Shown: positions 36,523-46,502, numbered from the stretch's first letter. The stretch: DNA of 64,000 nucleotides from Minisyncoccota bacterium (GCA_028716745.1 JAQUPE010000002.1:29819-93818); one strand, 5' to 3'. Program-made: numbers and translations. The notes: generated from the sequence alone by a model not told the origin.

Positions 36523-37122
36523 TTATCGTTTAAAAACAATAAATTTAGCTCCAACAAAGTTCCAAAACATTCCAACAAAGCTGGCGGTTATGCCCCCTAT
36601 ATTGGCCCAAATCTTTAAGGAAATCCCCTCGGGCGCCCCTATAAAATTGACCAAAAACGAGGCTGTAGCGACGTTTATTCCAAATCCTATGGAATAGACT
36701 ATCAAGTACTTAATCATGTCGCCCTTCCCCTTACTTTGATTTGCTCCAAAAGTCCATAATTTATTCATCCAGAAACTGCTGTTAACAGCAGTCAAAAACG
36801 AGACTGCTTTAAAAACCGAATACCATCCGCCGGAAACAACTCCTGTTAAGAAAATCAGAAGGTTTAAAACTCCCAAATCAAGCAAGGCATTAAATCCGCC
36901 GACAATAGCAAACTTAGCAAATTGAAGAACTACAGGAATCCATCGCGATATAAAAGAAGCAAAAACATATCCTATTGATGTTAGCGCTCCCATTCCCGCA
37001 ATAGCCAAAACAATGTTTCTGGCAATTAAAGATATGCCAACATTGCTAAGAACCGGCAAAAGCAAAGCTCCCGCTAAAAGTCCTATAATCCCGCTAACCT
37101 TAATGTCTTTTCCGTTAATCAT
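36523..37122 (-). CDS. GtrA family membrane protein
   Basis: QFAKFAIVGGFNALLDLGV, NSSFWMNKLWTF, WNFVGAKFIVFK. Confidence 0.88.
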   Translation of the reverse strand: MINGKDIKVSGIIGLLAGALLLPVLSNVGISLIARNIVLAIAGMGALTSIGYVFASFISRWIPVVLQFAKFAIVGGFNALLDLGVLNLLIFLTGVVSGGWYSVFKAVSFLTAVNSSFWMNKLWTFGANQSKGKGDMIKYLIVYSIGFGINVATASFLVNFIGAPEGISLKIWANIGGITASFVGMFWNFVGAKFIVFKR

Positions 37123-37127
37123 TAATT

Positions 37128-37886
37128 TTATTTTATTTCGTAAACCACAGAAACATTAACTGTTATTTCTTGGCTTCCCGCTTCTATTCTAGGCGCGGCA
37201 TCCATCGCTGCTTCGCCCATTCCTAAAGCAGTTTTATAAACCGGATAAGGATAATATCCGTTTTGCGATTCAGAAAAAGTTACTACTTTTTTAATTTTTA
37301 CTCCGTTCTGCTTTGCCATCTCTTTCGCTTTAGCCATAGCTTTTTCAAAAGCCTGCTTTCTTGCTTGGTTCAAATATTCATCCTGCTCATCAACGTCGAA
37401 GCTTAATGTTCCAATATCGTTAATTCCCAATTCGGGAAGTCTTCCCAAAATTTTTCCTATTTTGGAAAAATCCCTAATCTTTATCTGAACTGTCTGAGTA
37501 ATCGTATATCCGCTGATATAAGATGTTCTCCTGTCTTTATCATATTCATAATTTGGAGATAAATTATATCCTGTTGTTTTTATGTCCTTAACATCAATTC
37601 CTTCGCCTTTTACATAATCAATAGCCGCATTCATTTTCTTAATATTTTCGTCCGATATTTTTTCCGGGCTGGATCCTCTTGTTAAAACCGAGAAAGAAAC
37701 CTGAGCTATATCCGGAATTGCCACCGCCTTGCCTTCTCCGCTTACGGTTATAGTCCTGGCTGGCGCCAAAGAATTGCCGTATTGAATTAACGGCTTTATC
37801 GCATAAGCTGTCCAAATCGCGCAAACCGCCAAAAAAACACTGATCCAGAACCAAAATGACTTTTTAAAACATTCTATATTGCACAT
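37128..37886 (-). CDS. SIMPL/DUF541 domain protein
   Basis: TITVSGEGKAVAIPDIA, DIKTTGYNLSPNY, I.AGSQEITVNVSVVYEI. Confidence 0.88.
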   Translation of the reverse strand: MCNIECFKKSFWFWISVFLAVCAIWTAYAIKPLIQYGNSLAPARTITVSGEGKAVAIPDIAQVSFSVLTRGSSPEKISDENIKKMNAAIDYVKGEGIDVKDIKTTGYNLSPNYEYDKDRRTSYISGYTITQTVQIKIRDFSKIGKILGRLPELGINDIGTLSFDVDEQDEYLNQARKQAFEKAMAKAKEMAKQNGVKIKKVVTFSESQNGYYPYPVYKTALGMGEAAMDAAPRIEAGSQEITVNVSVVYEIK

Positions 37887-37933
37887 AATTTTTATTTTTT
37901 ATTTTTAATTAATAAAGTTCGACTTGACCGCCA

Positions 37934-38662
37934 TTAATTGATTAAGGCAGCCATTTTTTCTACCTCTTCCTTTTTTAAACTAGCTCCTCCGACTAAGGCG
38001 CCATTTATTGATTCATATTTCAAAAAATCTCCCAGATTTTGAGATGTAACCGATCCTCCATACAGAGCCATTACATTCAATCCATAATTTATAGATATAA
38101 AATCTTTAATAAATTTTGAAGTTTCTGCCGCGCCTTCCGGAGTCTGAGGATTTCCCGTGCCTATGGCCCAAACCGGCTCATACGCGATAATCAGGTTGTT
38201 TTCATTTAATTTTCCGTCTGTTTTTGCCAAAAATAATCCTCCCTCAATCTGTCTGCGCAAAACTTCTTCGGTTTTCATACTCTCTTTTTCTTGAGCCGTT
38301 TCCCCTATGCACAAAACCGCAACCAATCCCTCTTTAATAGCTGTTAAAACTTTTTTAGCTGTCATTTCGTCCGTCTCTCCCATTTTATGGCGCCGTTCCG
38401 AATGGCCGATTATGGCGTAAGAAACTCCCGCACCTTTAATCTGTCCGGCAGAAATCTCGCCCGTAAAAGCCCCCTTCTCTTCCCAATATAAATCTTGCGC
38501 GCCCAATTTGGCATTTTTTAAAATCTTTCCAATTTCTCCTAAAAATAAAAACGGCGGCGCTACAACCACATTTTTATAATCGCTAGATCCAGCCAAATCA
38601 ACCGCCTCATTAACAGATACGGGATTCATTTTCCAATTTAATATCAAAAGTTTTTTATCCAT
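37934..38662 (-). CDS. tpiA: Triosephosphate isomerase
   Basis: NWKMN, IGHSERR, AYEPVWAIGTG, YGGSV, LVGGASL. Confidence 0.97.
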   Translation of the reverse strand: MDKKLLILNWKMNPVSVNEAVDLAGSSDYKNVVVAPPFLFLGEIGKILKNAKLGAQDLYWEEKGAFTGEISAGQIKGAGVSYAIIGHSERRHKMGETDEMTAKKVLTAIKEGLVAVLCIGETAQEKESMKTEEVLRRQIEGGLFLAKTDGKLNENNLIIAYEPVWAIGTGNPQTPEGAAETSKFIKDFISINYGLNVMALYGGSVTSQNLGDFLKYESINGALVGGASLKKEEVEKMAALIN

Positions 38663-39266
38663 TTTTCTTCAAATGCCTGTATAAATACCAGATAAACGCG
38701 GAAACAATTATTAATACAATAATTATATCAAATTTTTGGAAATAATTATGCAGAATATTCCAATTCTGTCCCATCTTAATTCCGACTTCCGCCAAAACAA
38801 AATTCCATGGCAAGGCGCCTAAAACCGTATAAAAAACAAACTTCCAAATGTTCATTTTAGCTATGCCGGCCGGCAAAGAGATAAAAGTCCTTACCACCGG
38901 AAGCAATCTGCCAAAAAATATTATTTTGGAACCATATCTCTCAAACCACCTATCGCCCGTATCCAAATCGCTCTTTCTGATTAGAATGTATTTTCCATAT
39001 TTTTCTAAAATCCACCTTCCTCCCCGCCTGCCAATTTCAAACAATATCAATGATCCGAAAAGATTAGCTGCAGTAGCAACTAAAACAACGCCCAAAAGAG
39101 AAAATCTTCCTTCCATTGTCAGAAATCCGGAAAAAGGCACCACTATCTCCGAAGGAATAGGAATTCCCGCGCTTTCCAAAGCGGAAAGAATAAAAACGCC
39201 TAAATAGCCTGTATTATTAATTACGCCAAGAGGCCAAGAGGCCAAAACAGATAATAAATTAAACAT
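38655..39266 (-). CDS. DedA family membrane protein
   Basis: ESAGIPIPSE, FFGRLLPVVRTFISLPAG. Confidence 0.92.
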   Translation of the reverse strand: MFNLLSVLASWPLGVINNTGYLGVFILSALESAGIPIPSEIVVPFSGFLTMEGRFSLLGVVLVATAANLFGSLILFEIGRRGGRWILEKYGKYILIRKSDLDTGDRWFERYGSKIIFFGRLLPVVRTFISLPAGIAKMNIWKFVFYTVLGALPWNFVLAEVGIKMGQNWNILHNYFQKFDIIIVLIIVSAFIWYLYRHLKKNG

Positions 39267-39267
39267 T

Positions 39268-40260
39268 TTAATTCTTCTTTAAAATTTTCGCAGCCTCGTC
39301 CGGATCCACCGTATTAATTTCAATCCCCGTGCTCAGCTCAAAACCGGCATCAATATTTGTCTTTGGAATAACTTCTATATGCCAATGATAATGATGGTAT
39401 TTCTTTTTATTTTTAATCGGCGCCGTATGAATAAAAAAGTTAAGGTCAGGATCTTTCATATTTTTAGCGATTTTTTTAAGAGAAAAATATAATGCCTTAA
39501 TAACATCTTTTAAAACCGCTTCCGACGTTTCTTCAAAATAAGGAATATGTTTTTTAGGAAATATTCTCAGCTCAAAAGGCTCTTTTGAAACAAAAGGCGC
39601 AAAAGCAACAGCATTCTTATTCTGAAAAACAATTCTATTTTTTTCCTTAATTTCCTCTTTTATCATCACGCAATGGACGCATTTTTTATTTTTTTCAAAA
39701 AATCTTACCGAGCCGTCAAGCGAGTGTTCTACATCAGGCGGAACCACAGGAATGGCAATCATCTGATAATGAGGATGATAAATAGAGGCTCCGGCCTTAG
39801 GACCCCAATTATGAAAAATAGAAACATATGAAACACAAGGATCATTTAAATGCATCTCATAACGATCTTTAAACGCCCTAAATACCAATTCGGCCTCTGC
39901 CAATGGAAGCTGGTCAAATCTTTTGTTATGATCGCGGGTTAATACCAAATCATGATGCCCAACAGCTTCAGCCACAGAATAAGGCCCTTTTTTAAAAATA
40001 TAGGCACAGCCTTTCACATCCTTGAACGCCGGATATTTATTTTCCAAAACTTGCACTCTCCATTTTCCTATCTCTGGATAAATCAAAATCGGCAGCTTAT
40101 TGCCGCTTCTCTGAGGATCCTCAAAAGGACAGCTTGATCTAGGCACGATAATTCTCTTTTCTTTCTTAGCAAATTGATGTTTTCTTTTACTTCGGCTTTC
40201 GGAAATAACTATCCAATCGCCGGATACTAAATCCCTGCGTAATTCCGATTTTTTATCCAT
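39268..40260 (-). CDS. galT: Galactose-1-phosphate uridylyltransferase family
   Basis: ELRRD, CPF, NKYPA, GASIYHPHYQ, YHWHIE, AGFEL. Confidence 0.88.
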   Translation of the reverse strand: MDKKSELRRDLVSGDWIVISESRSKRKHQFAKKEKRIIVPRSSCPFEDPQRSGNKLPILIYPEIGKWRVQVLENKYPAFKDVKGCAYIFKKGPYSVAEAVGHHDLVLTRDHNKRFDQLPLAEAELVFRAFKDRYEMHLNDPCVSYVSIFHNWGPKAGASIYHPHYQMIAIPVVPPDVEHSLDGSVRFFEKNKKCVHCVMIKEEIKEKNRIVFQNKNAVAFAPFVSKEPFELRIFPKKHIPYFEETSEAVLKDVIKALYFSLKKIAKNMKDPDLNFFIHTAPIKNKKKYHHYHWHIEVIPKTNIDAGFELSTGIEINTVDPDEAAKILKKN

Positions 40261-40266
40261 GGTCTT

Positions 40267-42105
40267 CTAAAAATTCGTTAATCTATTGTAATAATACCAT
40301 CCCAAAACATCTTTAGCGACCGGCAAAGCATTTAAATTGCCTTCTTTAGCGTCTTCTATCAGGACCAAAATGGCAATTTTAGGATTATCTTCAGGCATAT
40401 AGCCCACAAAAAAGGCGTTGAATTTCGTGTTTCCTGTTGTTTGAGCGCTTCCGGTTTTTCCGGCAGCAGGAGCCGGCAATCCGCCCAACGAATTAGCGGT
40501 TCCATAATATTTGGCCACCACATCGCGCATTCCTATTTTTACTTCTTTTATATAAGGCTCTAAATCAGAAAAATTTATCAAGACTTCCGGTTCTTCATCT
40601 TTTAAAAGATGAGGCTTATAAAATTTACCGCCATTGGCAATTGAAGAAATCTGGCTGATTAATTGAATTGGCGTAACCAATAAATCTCCCTGTCCGATGC
40701 TCACGTTATATGTATCTCCAATTCTCCAAATATCATTTTTCTTTTTTTCTTTTTCTTCCGGATCGGGCAATGACCCAATCTCCTCGCCTGGCAAATCTAT
40801 TCCGGTTTTTGCTCCAAATCCGAATTTTTTCCAATATTCTTTAAGCTTATTTATTCCTAAGCCTTTTACATCTTCCCATCCTCCCCCTAAAGCATAAAAA
40901 TAAATATTGCATGATCGGGCTATAGCAGAATAAAGATTAACCCATCCATTCGACCTCCAATCCAAAAATACGCTTGGCTTGTCCGGATTATAAGGATTGG
41001 GAATTTCTATGGAGCCGCTTGAAAAAATCTCTTTCTTTGTATCAATAATTCCCTCTTTTAAAGCCGCCAAGCTGACCATCGGCTTAACAGTTGATCCCGG
41101 CATATAAAGCCCGGAAACCGCCCTATTAAATAAAGCGCTATGTTTAGAGCTTAAAAGCTTATTCCTTTCGGAGTTAGCTCCTCCCTGAGAAAAAATATTA
41201 TTGTCAAAGCTCGGAAAACTGATTAAAGACAAAACTTCTCCTGTTTGCGGATTAATGGCAATTCCTACCCCGGAAGTCCTCCCCAGTGCAGCAAGATTTC
41301 TTTCCATGCTTCCGTAAAAATATTTCTGCAAATCATAATCGATAGTGGTATTTAAATTATTTCCCTGCTCAGCCAGCTTGATTGTCTTTTTATCCATGGT
41401 CTCCCCTTTTGCATTTTTAAAAACAAGAGTTTCTCCATCGGCTCCTTTTAAAATATCGTCATAATAAAGTTCCAATCCTGACTTTCCTACAAAATTATTG
41501 CTATTGCCGAATCCCGTATAGCCAATGATTGAGGAAAACATGTTGCCGTCATAATAATTTCTTTTATAATCGCTGATTGCTTCCACGCCCGGCAAGCTTA
41601 ATGACTTCAATTTTATTGTTTTTTCCAAATCAACACCCTTAGCCACCACAAAAACGGACTCCTTTTCCTTGTTAAGGCCTTTTAATCTTCCTCTTATTTC
41701 TTCTTCAGGAATTTCCAGAGTCTGGCTTAATTCTTTCAAAATTAAATCTGTAGATCCTGCCTTAAATAATTCTTTTAGATCAACTGTTACGCTGAAAGAA
41801 GAAATGCTGTCTGCCAGAATTTTTCCATAGCGATCATAAATAATTCCGCGAGGAGCCGGTTCGTATATTCCCTTTCCGACATTAGAATCAGCCCTTGCCC
41901 TATAGGCATCGCCCATCCAAAAACCTAAAAATAATATTCTTAAAATAGCGACTACTCCGAAAAAAATTACAAAAAGAAAAACCAGAGTAAATGTCTGGCG
42001 CGATAATGGAAGCTCTAAAGAGCCCAATTTATTGTTTTTGGAAAAACTGTCAAAAGTTGTCTCCTCTAGATGAAAATCTTCGTTGTAAAAATTTCGTTTT
42101 TTCAT
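40267..42105 (-). CDS. mrdA: Penicillin-binding protein 2
   Basis: RGIIYDRYG, PGSTVK (SxxK), SCN, KTGSAQ; follows mreBCD. Confidence 0.9.
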   Translation of the reverse strand: MKKRNFYNEDFHLEETTFDSFSKNNKLGSLELPLSRQTFTLVFLFVIFFGVVAILRILFLGFWMGDAYRARADSNVGKGIYEPAPRGIIYDRYGKILADSISSFSVTVDLKELFKAGSTDLILKELSQTLEIPEEEIRGRLKGLNKEKESVFVVAKGVDLEKTIKLKSLSLPGVEAISDYKRNYYDGNMFSSIIGYTGFGNSNNFVGKSGLELYYDDILKGADGETLVFKNAKGETMDKKTIKLAEQGNNLNTTIDYDLQKYFYGSMERNLAALGRTSGVGIAINPQTGEVLSLISFPSFDNNIFSQGGANSERNKLLSSKHSALFNRAVSGLYMPGSTVKPMVSLAALKEGIIDTKKEIFSSGSIEIPNPYNPDKPSVFLDWRSNGWVNLYSAIARSCNIYFYALGGGWEDVKGLGINKLKEYWKKFGFGAKTGIDLPGEEIGSLPDPEEKEKKKNDIWRIGDTYNVSIGQGDLLVTPIQLISQISSIANGGKFYKPHLLKDEEPEVLINFSDLEPYIKEVKIGMRDVVAKYYGTANSLGGLPAPAAGKTGSAQTTGNTKFNAFFVGYMPEDNPKIAILVLIEDAKEGNLNALPVAKDVLGWYYYNRLTNF

Positions 42106-42544
42106 ATATGAAATCAGCTATTAAATAGACTGCCGATCCGATGAAAATATTATAAATGGTTTCCAGGATGAATAAAAATGGGGTTTTAACGATAAAGCTT
42201 GCGTCTGCAACCAGGTAAAAAATCAGCGTAAAAACTCCGATAAGCAAGACTATATTAAGCAAAGAACGCCTAATCATTATCTTTTTTGAATAAAAAGCCA
42301 ATATCGGCAAAAAAAGCATTAATAGGCTTTCTTTATTAATAGCAGGATTAAATTTTAAAATAATAACTCCTAAAAAAGACAAAATTAAATAATTCCAAAA
42401 ATTATCAACAAAAACCACCAGCGCCAAAAGAACAGCTAAAACAAAATTAGGTTTTATTCCATAAAATTCCACCAGATAAGTATTTTGTAAAATAGCCGCT
42501 ATTAATACCAATGCTACGGCTAAAACTTTGGCTGCTTTTAACAT
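42050..42544 (-). CDS. mreD: Rod shape-determining protein MreD-like
   Basis: Polytopic membrane protein with an LQ..GIKPNFVL pattern, between mreC and PBP2. Confidence 0.7.
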   Translation of the reverse strand: MLKAAKVLAVALVLIAAILQNTYLVEFYGIKPNFVLAVLLALVVFVDNFWNYLILSFLGVIILKFNPAINKESLLMLFLPILAFYSKKIMIRRSLLNIVLLIGVFTLIFYLVADASFIVKTPFLFILETIYNIFIGSAVYLIADFIYEKTKFLQRRFSSRGDNF

Positions 42545-42547
42545 ATT

Positions 42548-43237
42548 TTACTTTGCCGGAGCCTTATAATTAGTTATCACAAAAACTTCCCTTATTTCAT
42601 TTAGATTATAATTAACTCCTACAGATGCCTTGTTAAACACCCCCTCTTTATTGCTGTTTAAAATCTCTTTTATTTCTCCTATTTTCATCCCATAAGGAAA
42701 ATCCGCAGAGGCGGAATAAACCGCGTCCGAAACCTTAATCTCTTTGCCCTTTTTAACCATGCTTGCCACGGGCTCGTTGCCCCCCTCAAACAAAGCATCT
42801 ACTCCGTAATCGCCTATTCTAACAGCTGTTTTAAAATTTGAATCAAAAATAGATTTAACAATGCTTATGTTCGGATAAACCTCCATGATTTGCCCCATCA
42901 AAATTCCCGGCGCCGCAGCTACGCCCATGTATCTTTCTGCTCCGTCATTAGATCCAAAATTTATCGTAAAAAGATTGCGATGAGAAAAAGGATATGTCAG
43001 ATGGGCATAAGCTGTCTTATAAATTATTCCATTTTCTTTAACCGTCTTGCTCTGCAGCGATTCCAGCTCTAAAATCTTTGCCCTCAAACTTTCGTTCTCT
43101 AATAATAATTGTTCTTTATTGCTTCCATCTTTTATAAAAATTCCAAAAAGCTTGTCTTTTGTGTCAATAAAATAATTTCCATAAAAAATATAAGCCGCAA
43201 ATACAGAAGCTAAAATTAAACAAATAATGTATTTCAT
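42548..43237 (-). CDS. mreC: Rod shape-determining protein MreC
   Basis: LLLENESLR coil, INFGSNDG, GMKIGEI; synteny with mreB. Confidence 0.85.
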   Translation of the reverse strand: MKYIICLILASVFAAYIFYGNYFIDTKDKLFGIFIKDGSNKEQLLLENESLRAKILELESLQSKTVKENGIIYKTAYAHLTYPFSHRNLFTINFGSNDGAERYMGVAAAPGILMGQIMEVYPNISIVKSIFDSNFKTAVRIGDYGVDALFEGGNEPVASMVKKGKEIKVSDAVYSASADFPYGMKIGEIKEILNSNKEGVFNKASVGVNYNLNEIREVFVITNYKAPAK

Positions 43238-43243
43238 TATTTT

Positions 43244-44287
43244 TTATTCTCTTATATCTTTCGGCTTTGGAGATACATTGAACAAATGAGAATATTTATC
43301 GAAATTCTCGGAAATCACTCCGAGTCCCCTGGCAACGCAGGATAACGGATCGTCCACTACCACGGTAGCAACGGCCAATTCTTTCTCCATCAATTTATCC
43401 AAGCCCTTCAGCAAACTTCCGCCTCCGCATAAAAATATACCTCTTCTCAAAATATCGCCCACCAATTCCGGCGGAGCCGATTCAATAACCTCCTTTATCG
43501 CCTCAACAACAAGCTTCAAAGACTTGGCCGTAGCCGCCCTTACGTGGCTGTCCTTTATTACAATCTCCTTCGGCAAACCGGTTGCCATATCGCGTCCGCG
43601 AATAGGCAAATCAAGCTTCTGATCAACCAAAAGGGCAGAACCGGCAACAATTTTTAATTCCTCGGCAGTCGGTTCTCCGATAGTCAAACGAAATTCGTCT
43701 CTGATAAATTTTATTATATCGTCGTTTAATTTATCGCCCGCAATTTTAATGCTTTTAGAAGTAACTATTCCTCCCATTGAGATAATGGCTATTTCCGTAG
43801 TTCCTCCCCCCATATCGATAATCATGTTTGAGGTCGGTTCATTTACCGGCAATCTGGCGCCAATAGCCGCAGCCATCGGCTCCTCTACTATGTAAGCGCC
43901 TGTCGCTCCTGCGCCAATAATCGCGTCTTCAACGGACTTTCTCTCCACCTCCGTCAAATTACTGGGCACTCCGACAACTGCCCTCTTAAAACTTAAAAGT
44001 TTGTTTCCGCTGATTTTTTTAAGAAAATAACGGAGTATTTCCTGAGTCATTTCAAAATCGGAAATTACGCCGTTGGTAAGCGGTCTTATAACCGAAATAT
44101 GAGCGGGAGTTCTGCCAATCATTTTTCTTGCCTCCTCGCCAATCGCTAAAACTTGTCCGCTTTTATTATTTATCGCCACGACGGACGGTTCATTTATAAC
44201 TATCCCTCTGTCAGCAACATAAACCAGCGAATTCGCTGTTCCTAAATCTACGCCTATATTTTTTGAAAAATAATTCCACAACGCCAT
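43244..44287 (-). CDS. mreB: Rod shape-determining protein MreB
   Basis: GVDLGTAN, EPSVVA, DMGGGTTE, GGGSLL. Confidence 0.96.
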   Translation of the reverse strand: MALWNYFSKNIGVDLGTANSLVYVADRGIVINEPSVVAINNKSGQVLAIGEEARKMIGRTPAHISVIRPLTNGVISDFEMTQEILRYFLKKISGNKLLSFKRAVVGVPSNLTEVERKSVEDAIIGAGATGAYIVEEPMAAAIGARLPVNEPTSNMIIDMGGGTTEIAIISMGGIVTSKSIKIAGDKLNDDIIKFIRDEFRLTIGEPTAEELKIVAGSALLVDQKLDLPIRGRDMATGLPKEIVIKDSHVRAATAKSLKLVVEAIKEVIESAPPELVGDILRRGIFLCGGGSLLKGLDKLMEKELAVATVVVDDPLSCVARGLGVISENFDKYSHLFNVSPKPKDIRE

Positions 44288-44410
44288 TTTTTTGTTTAAA
44301 TTTTGCTAATTTCGTTGTCGTAATATAGTACTTCTTTTCCAGCTGCTTGTAAATCCTAATGTATTATTTTACTAGATTTCTACTCCTATCTGCAACTATT
44401 TCTATAGTGA

Positions 44411-44439
44411 TTGACAAAGATGCCTAAATGTGATATATT
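44411..44439 (+). promoter_or_regulatory. Consensus promoter of the orphan membrane gene
   Basis: TTGACA-17 nt-TATATT with TG extension. Confidence 0.75.
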
Positions 44440-44501
44440 ATTAATATCGAAAACAGTCCTCGGGAAAAACCCGACCTGAAAATTCAATAGAGGAGGACAA
44501 A

Positions 44502-44762
44502 ATGAATTACAAGCTAATGATGTTAGTAATAATGTCGAGCTTCTTCTTTGCACTGCTGCTCATGTTTCCAATGGCAGGAGCTATCTGGCTCGGCATCGGC
44601 CTGGGCATCGGCGCAGCCATAACAACATCGCCGCTGTATTTGATATTAATACTCGCGGCATATGCCCTGCTGTCCGTTGCTATCTTCGACGGATTGATTT
44701 ATCTGATCATCAGAAAATCTCTGCCGAAGAGCTACAAAGAGAGTTTCACGAGGAACGGCTAG
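44502..44762 (+). CDS. Orphan small membrane protein, 86 aa
   Basis: AGGAGG SD; very hydrophobic; own promoter and terminator; opposite strand to its neighbours. Confidence 0.75.
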   Translation: MNYKLMMLVIMSSFFFALLLMFPMAGAIWLGIGLGIGAAITTSPLYLILILAAYALLSVAIFDGLIYLIIRKSLPKSYKESFTRNG

Positions 44763-44789
44763 AATCAACGGTTGGCAACCAGCTCGCCC

Positions 44790-44813
44790 CCCACTTTGAA
44801 AGGTGGGTTTTTT
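44790..44813 (+). terminator. Intrinsic terminator
   Basis: CCCACT/GGTGGG stem followed by a T-run. Confidence 0.65.
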
Positions 44814-44818
44814 ATTTT

Positions 44819-45856
44819 TTAAAACAGCCCGAAAACATCCTTTACCGTCACTATAGCCATAAAAAGCACTATTACTAAAAGGCCCACATTATTAATAATC
44901 ATCTCAAACTGCGGTTTAAAATATTTTCCTAAAACTTTTCTCAAAAAAGAAAACAAAAGCCAGGAGCCGTCCAGTCCAGGAATCGGAAAGATATTTATTA
45001 CGGACAAATTAAACGAAACCATGGCAAAAATATAAATAAATTGATTCAGCCCCATTTTCATCGCTTCTGTTCCGAAACTAACAATCCCCACCGGCCCCAT
45101 AAAGCTCTCAACTAAGCCCCTTTTACCGCCAAAAATATCAGAAAATAACCCTATTATCCCTAAAAATGTTCCCTTAACTATTTCCCAAGATTTTAATAAA
45201 CCTTCTTTAAAACCGCCCAAAAATCCTTTTTGTGAAAATCCGGACTCGATTAAAACAATTCCCAAATTTCCTTCTTCTTTCGGAAACTCTACGCGAGGAA
45301 CAACTTTTATCGGAATAGTCTCTCCTTTTCTTTTAATATCAAGCGTAATTTCCTTGCCTTTATTATCCGCTATAAAAGCGACCAGCTCGTCTACTGTTTT
45401 AAAATTTGCCACCTCATCGTTGGGTTTAATTCCAGCCGTTGCGGCTATTCCTCCCGCTTTAACATCAGCAATAAAAACCGACTGCGGAACTCCTTTAATA
45501 AAAAGCAAAGATATTAAAACCCAGCCAATTAAAAAATTACTTAAAATCCCGCTGGTTATGAAAAATATCTTTTTTAAAATTCCCTTATGATAAAAACTGC
45601 GCTCAACCGGAATATCGGAGTTTTCGCCGTCCGAACCCCCCATGCCCACTATTTTTACAAACCCTCCGAAAAGGATCCAATTTATACTATAAGTAGTTTC
45701 CCCTATTTTTTTCCCGAAAATTCTCGGGGGGAAACCGAACCCAAGCTCCTCCACGCAAATCCCGCAAATTTTTGCGGACAAAAAATGACCGACTTCATGA
45801 AGAAATACCAACAAAGAAAAACTGGCTATTGCCGCTAATACATAAATTATTATCAT
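44819..45856 (-). CDS. rseP: Site-2 intramembrane metalloprotease (RseP/M50) with PDZ domain
   Basis: HEVGH, GGFVKI, NIFPIPGLDG. Confidence 0.9.
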   Translation of the reverse strand: MIIIYVLAAIASFSLLVFLHEVGHFLSAKICGICVEELGFGFPPRIFGKKIGETTYSINWILFGGFVKIVGMGGSDGENSDIPVERSFYHKGILKKIFFITSGILSNFLIGWVLISLLFIKGVPQSVFIADVKAGGIAATAGIKPNDEVANFKTVDELVAFIADNKGKEITLDIKRKGETIPIKVVPRVEFPKEEGNLGIVLIESGFSQKGFLGGFKEGLLKSWEIVKGTFLGIIGLFSDIFGGKRGLVESFMGPVGIVSFGTEAMKMGLNQFIYIFAMVSFNLSVINIFPIPGLDGSWLLFSFLRKVLGKYFKPQFEMIINNVGLLVIVLFMAIVTVKDVFGLF

Positions 45857-45863
45857 TTAAAAT

Positions 45864-46409
45864 TTAACTTAAAATATCCTTAATCTTTCCCTCCAATAAA
45901 TCGTCTATTTCTTTATTGGCCCTATCTACGATTTTTTGCACTTCTTCTTTTTTTCTGAAAGCCACATCCTCAGACAAAGCTCCGCCCTCTTCCGACATCT
46001 TAATTTCCCTGTTTATTTCGTCTCTCATGCCCCTAACTCTTATTTTTGTCTCCTCCGTAATTTTACGAATAACTTTTTCAAATTCTTTTTTTCTTTCATC
46101 AGTCAAAGAAGGCAAATTAATTCTTATTAAATTTCCTTCAACATTGGCAACAACTTTCAAATTAGAAGATTCCACAGCCTTGGCAACCGCGCTAACAGCC
46201 TCTCTGTCCCAGACATTTATATCTATTTCCCTTGGAAGAACAATGGAAATGGAACCAAGCGCCTTAATCGGCATTCTTTGTCCATAACAATCCACTTCTA
46301 TATCCTCCACCATTATTGGAGACGGACGGCTCCCCCGAATTGATTGAAATTCGGTTTTTAGAGACCCCGAAAGACCCTTTAATTTTGCTTCTAATTCTTT
46401 AGCTTCCAT
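45864..46409 (-). CDS. frr: Ribosome recycling factor
   Basis: IRGSRPSP, IRINLPSLTDERKKE, KIRVRGMRD. Confidence 0.92.
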   Translation of the reverse strand: MEAKELEAKLKGLSGSLKTEFQSIRGSRPSPIMVEDIEVDCYGQRMPIKALGSISIVLPREIDINVWDREAVSAVAKAVESSNLKVVANVEGNLIRINLPSLTDERKKEFEKVIRKITEETKIRVRGMRDEINREIKMSEEGGALSEDVAFRKKEEVQKIVDRANKEIDDLLEGKIKDILS

Positions 46410-46412
46410 AAA

Positions 46413-46502
46413 CTAAAATTTAAGCGTGCAAACAAGCGGCAAAAAATGGACCACTATGGCCGCAAAAATCACCATTAATATTATCGAAAAGACCTTATCC
46501 AT
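46413..46502 (-). CDS. Putative 29-aa membrane micropeptide
   Basis: Hand-translated MDKVFSIILMVIFAAIVVHFLPLVCTLKF; fills the holB-frr gap with 3-nt spacers on each side. Confidence 0.45.
   Translation of the reverse strand: MDKVFSIILMVIFAAIVVHFLPLVCTLKF

Noticed and set aside
36458-36697. Plus-strand 79-aa ORF with AAGGAG before a GTG
   Set aside because: Mostly antisense to gtrA; the AAGGAG is one arm of the sRNA hairpin, and the promoter and GNRA loop point to the minus strand.
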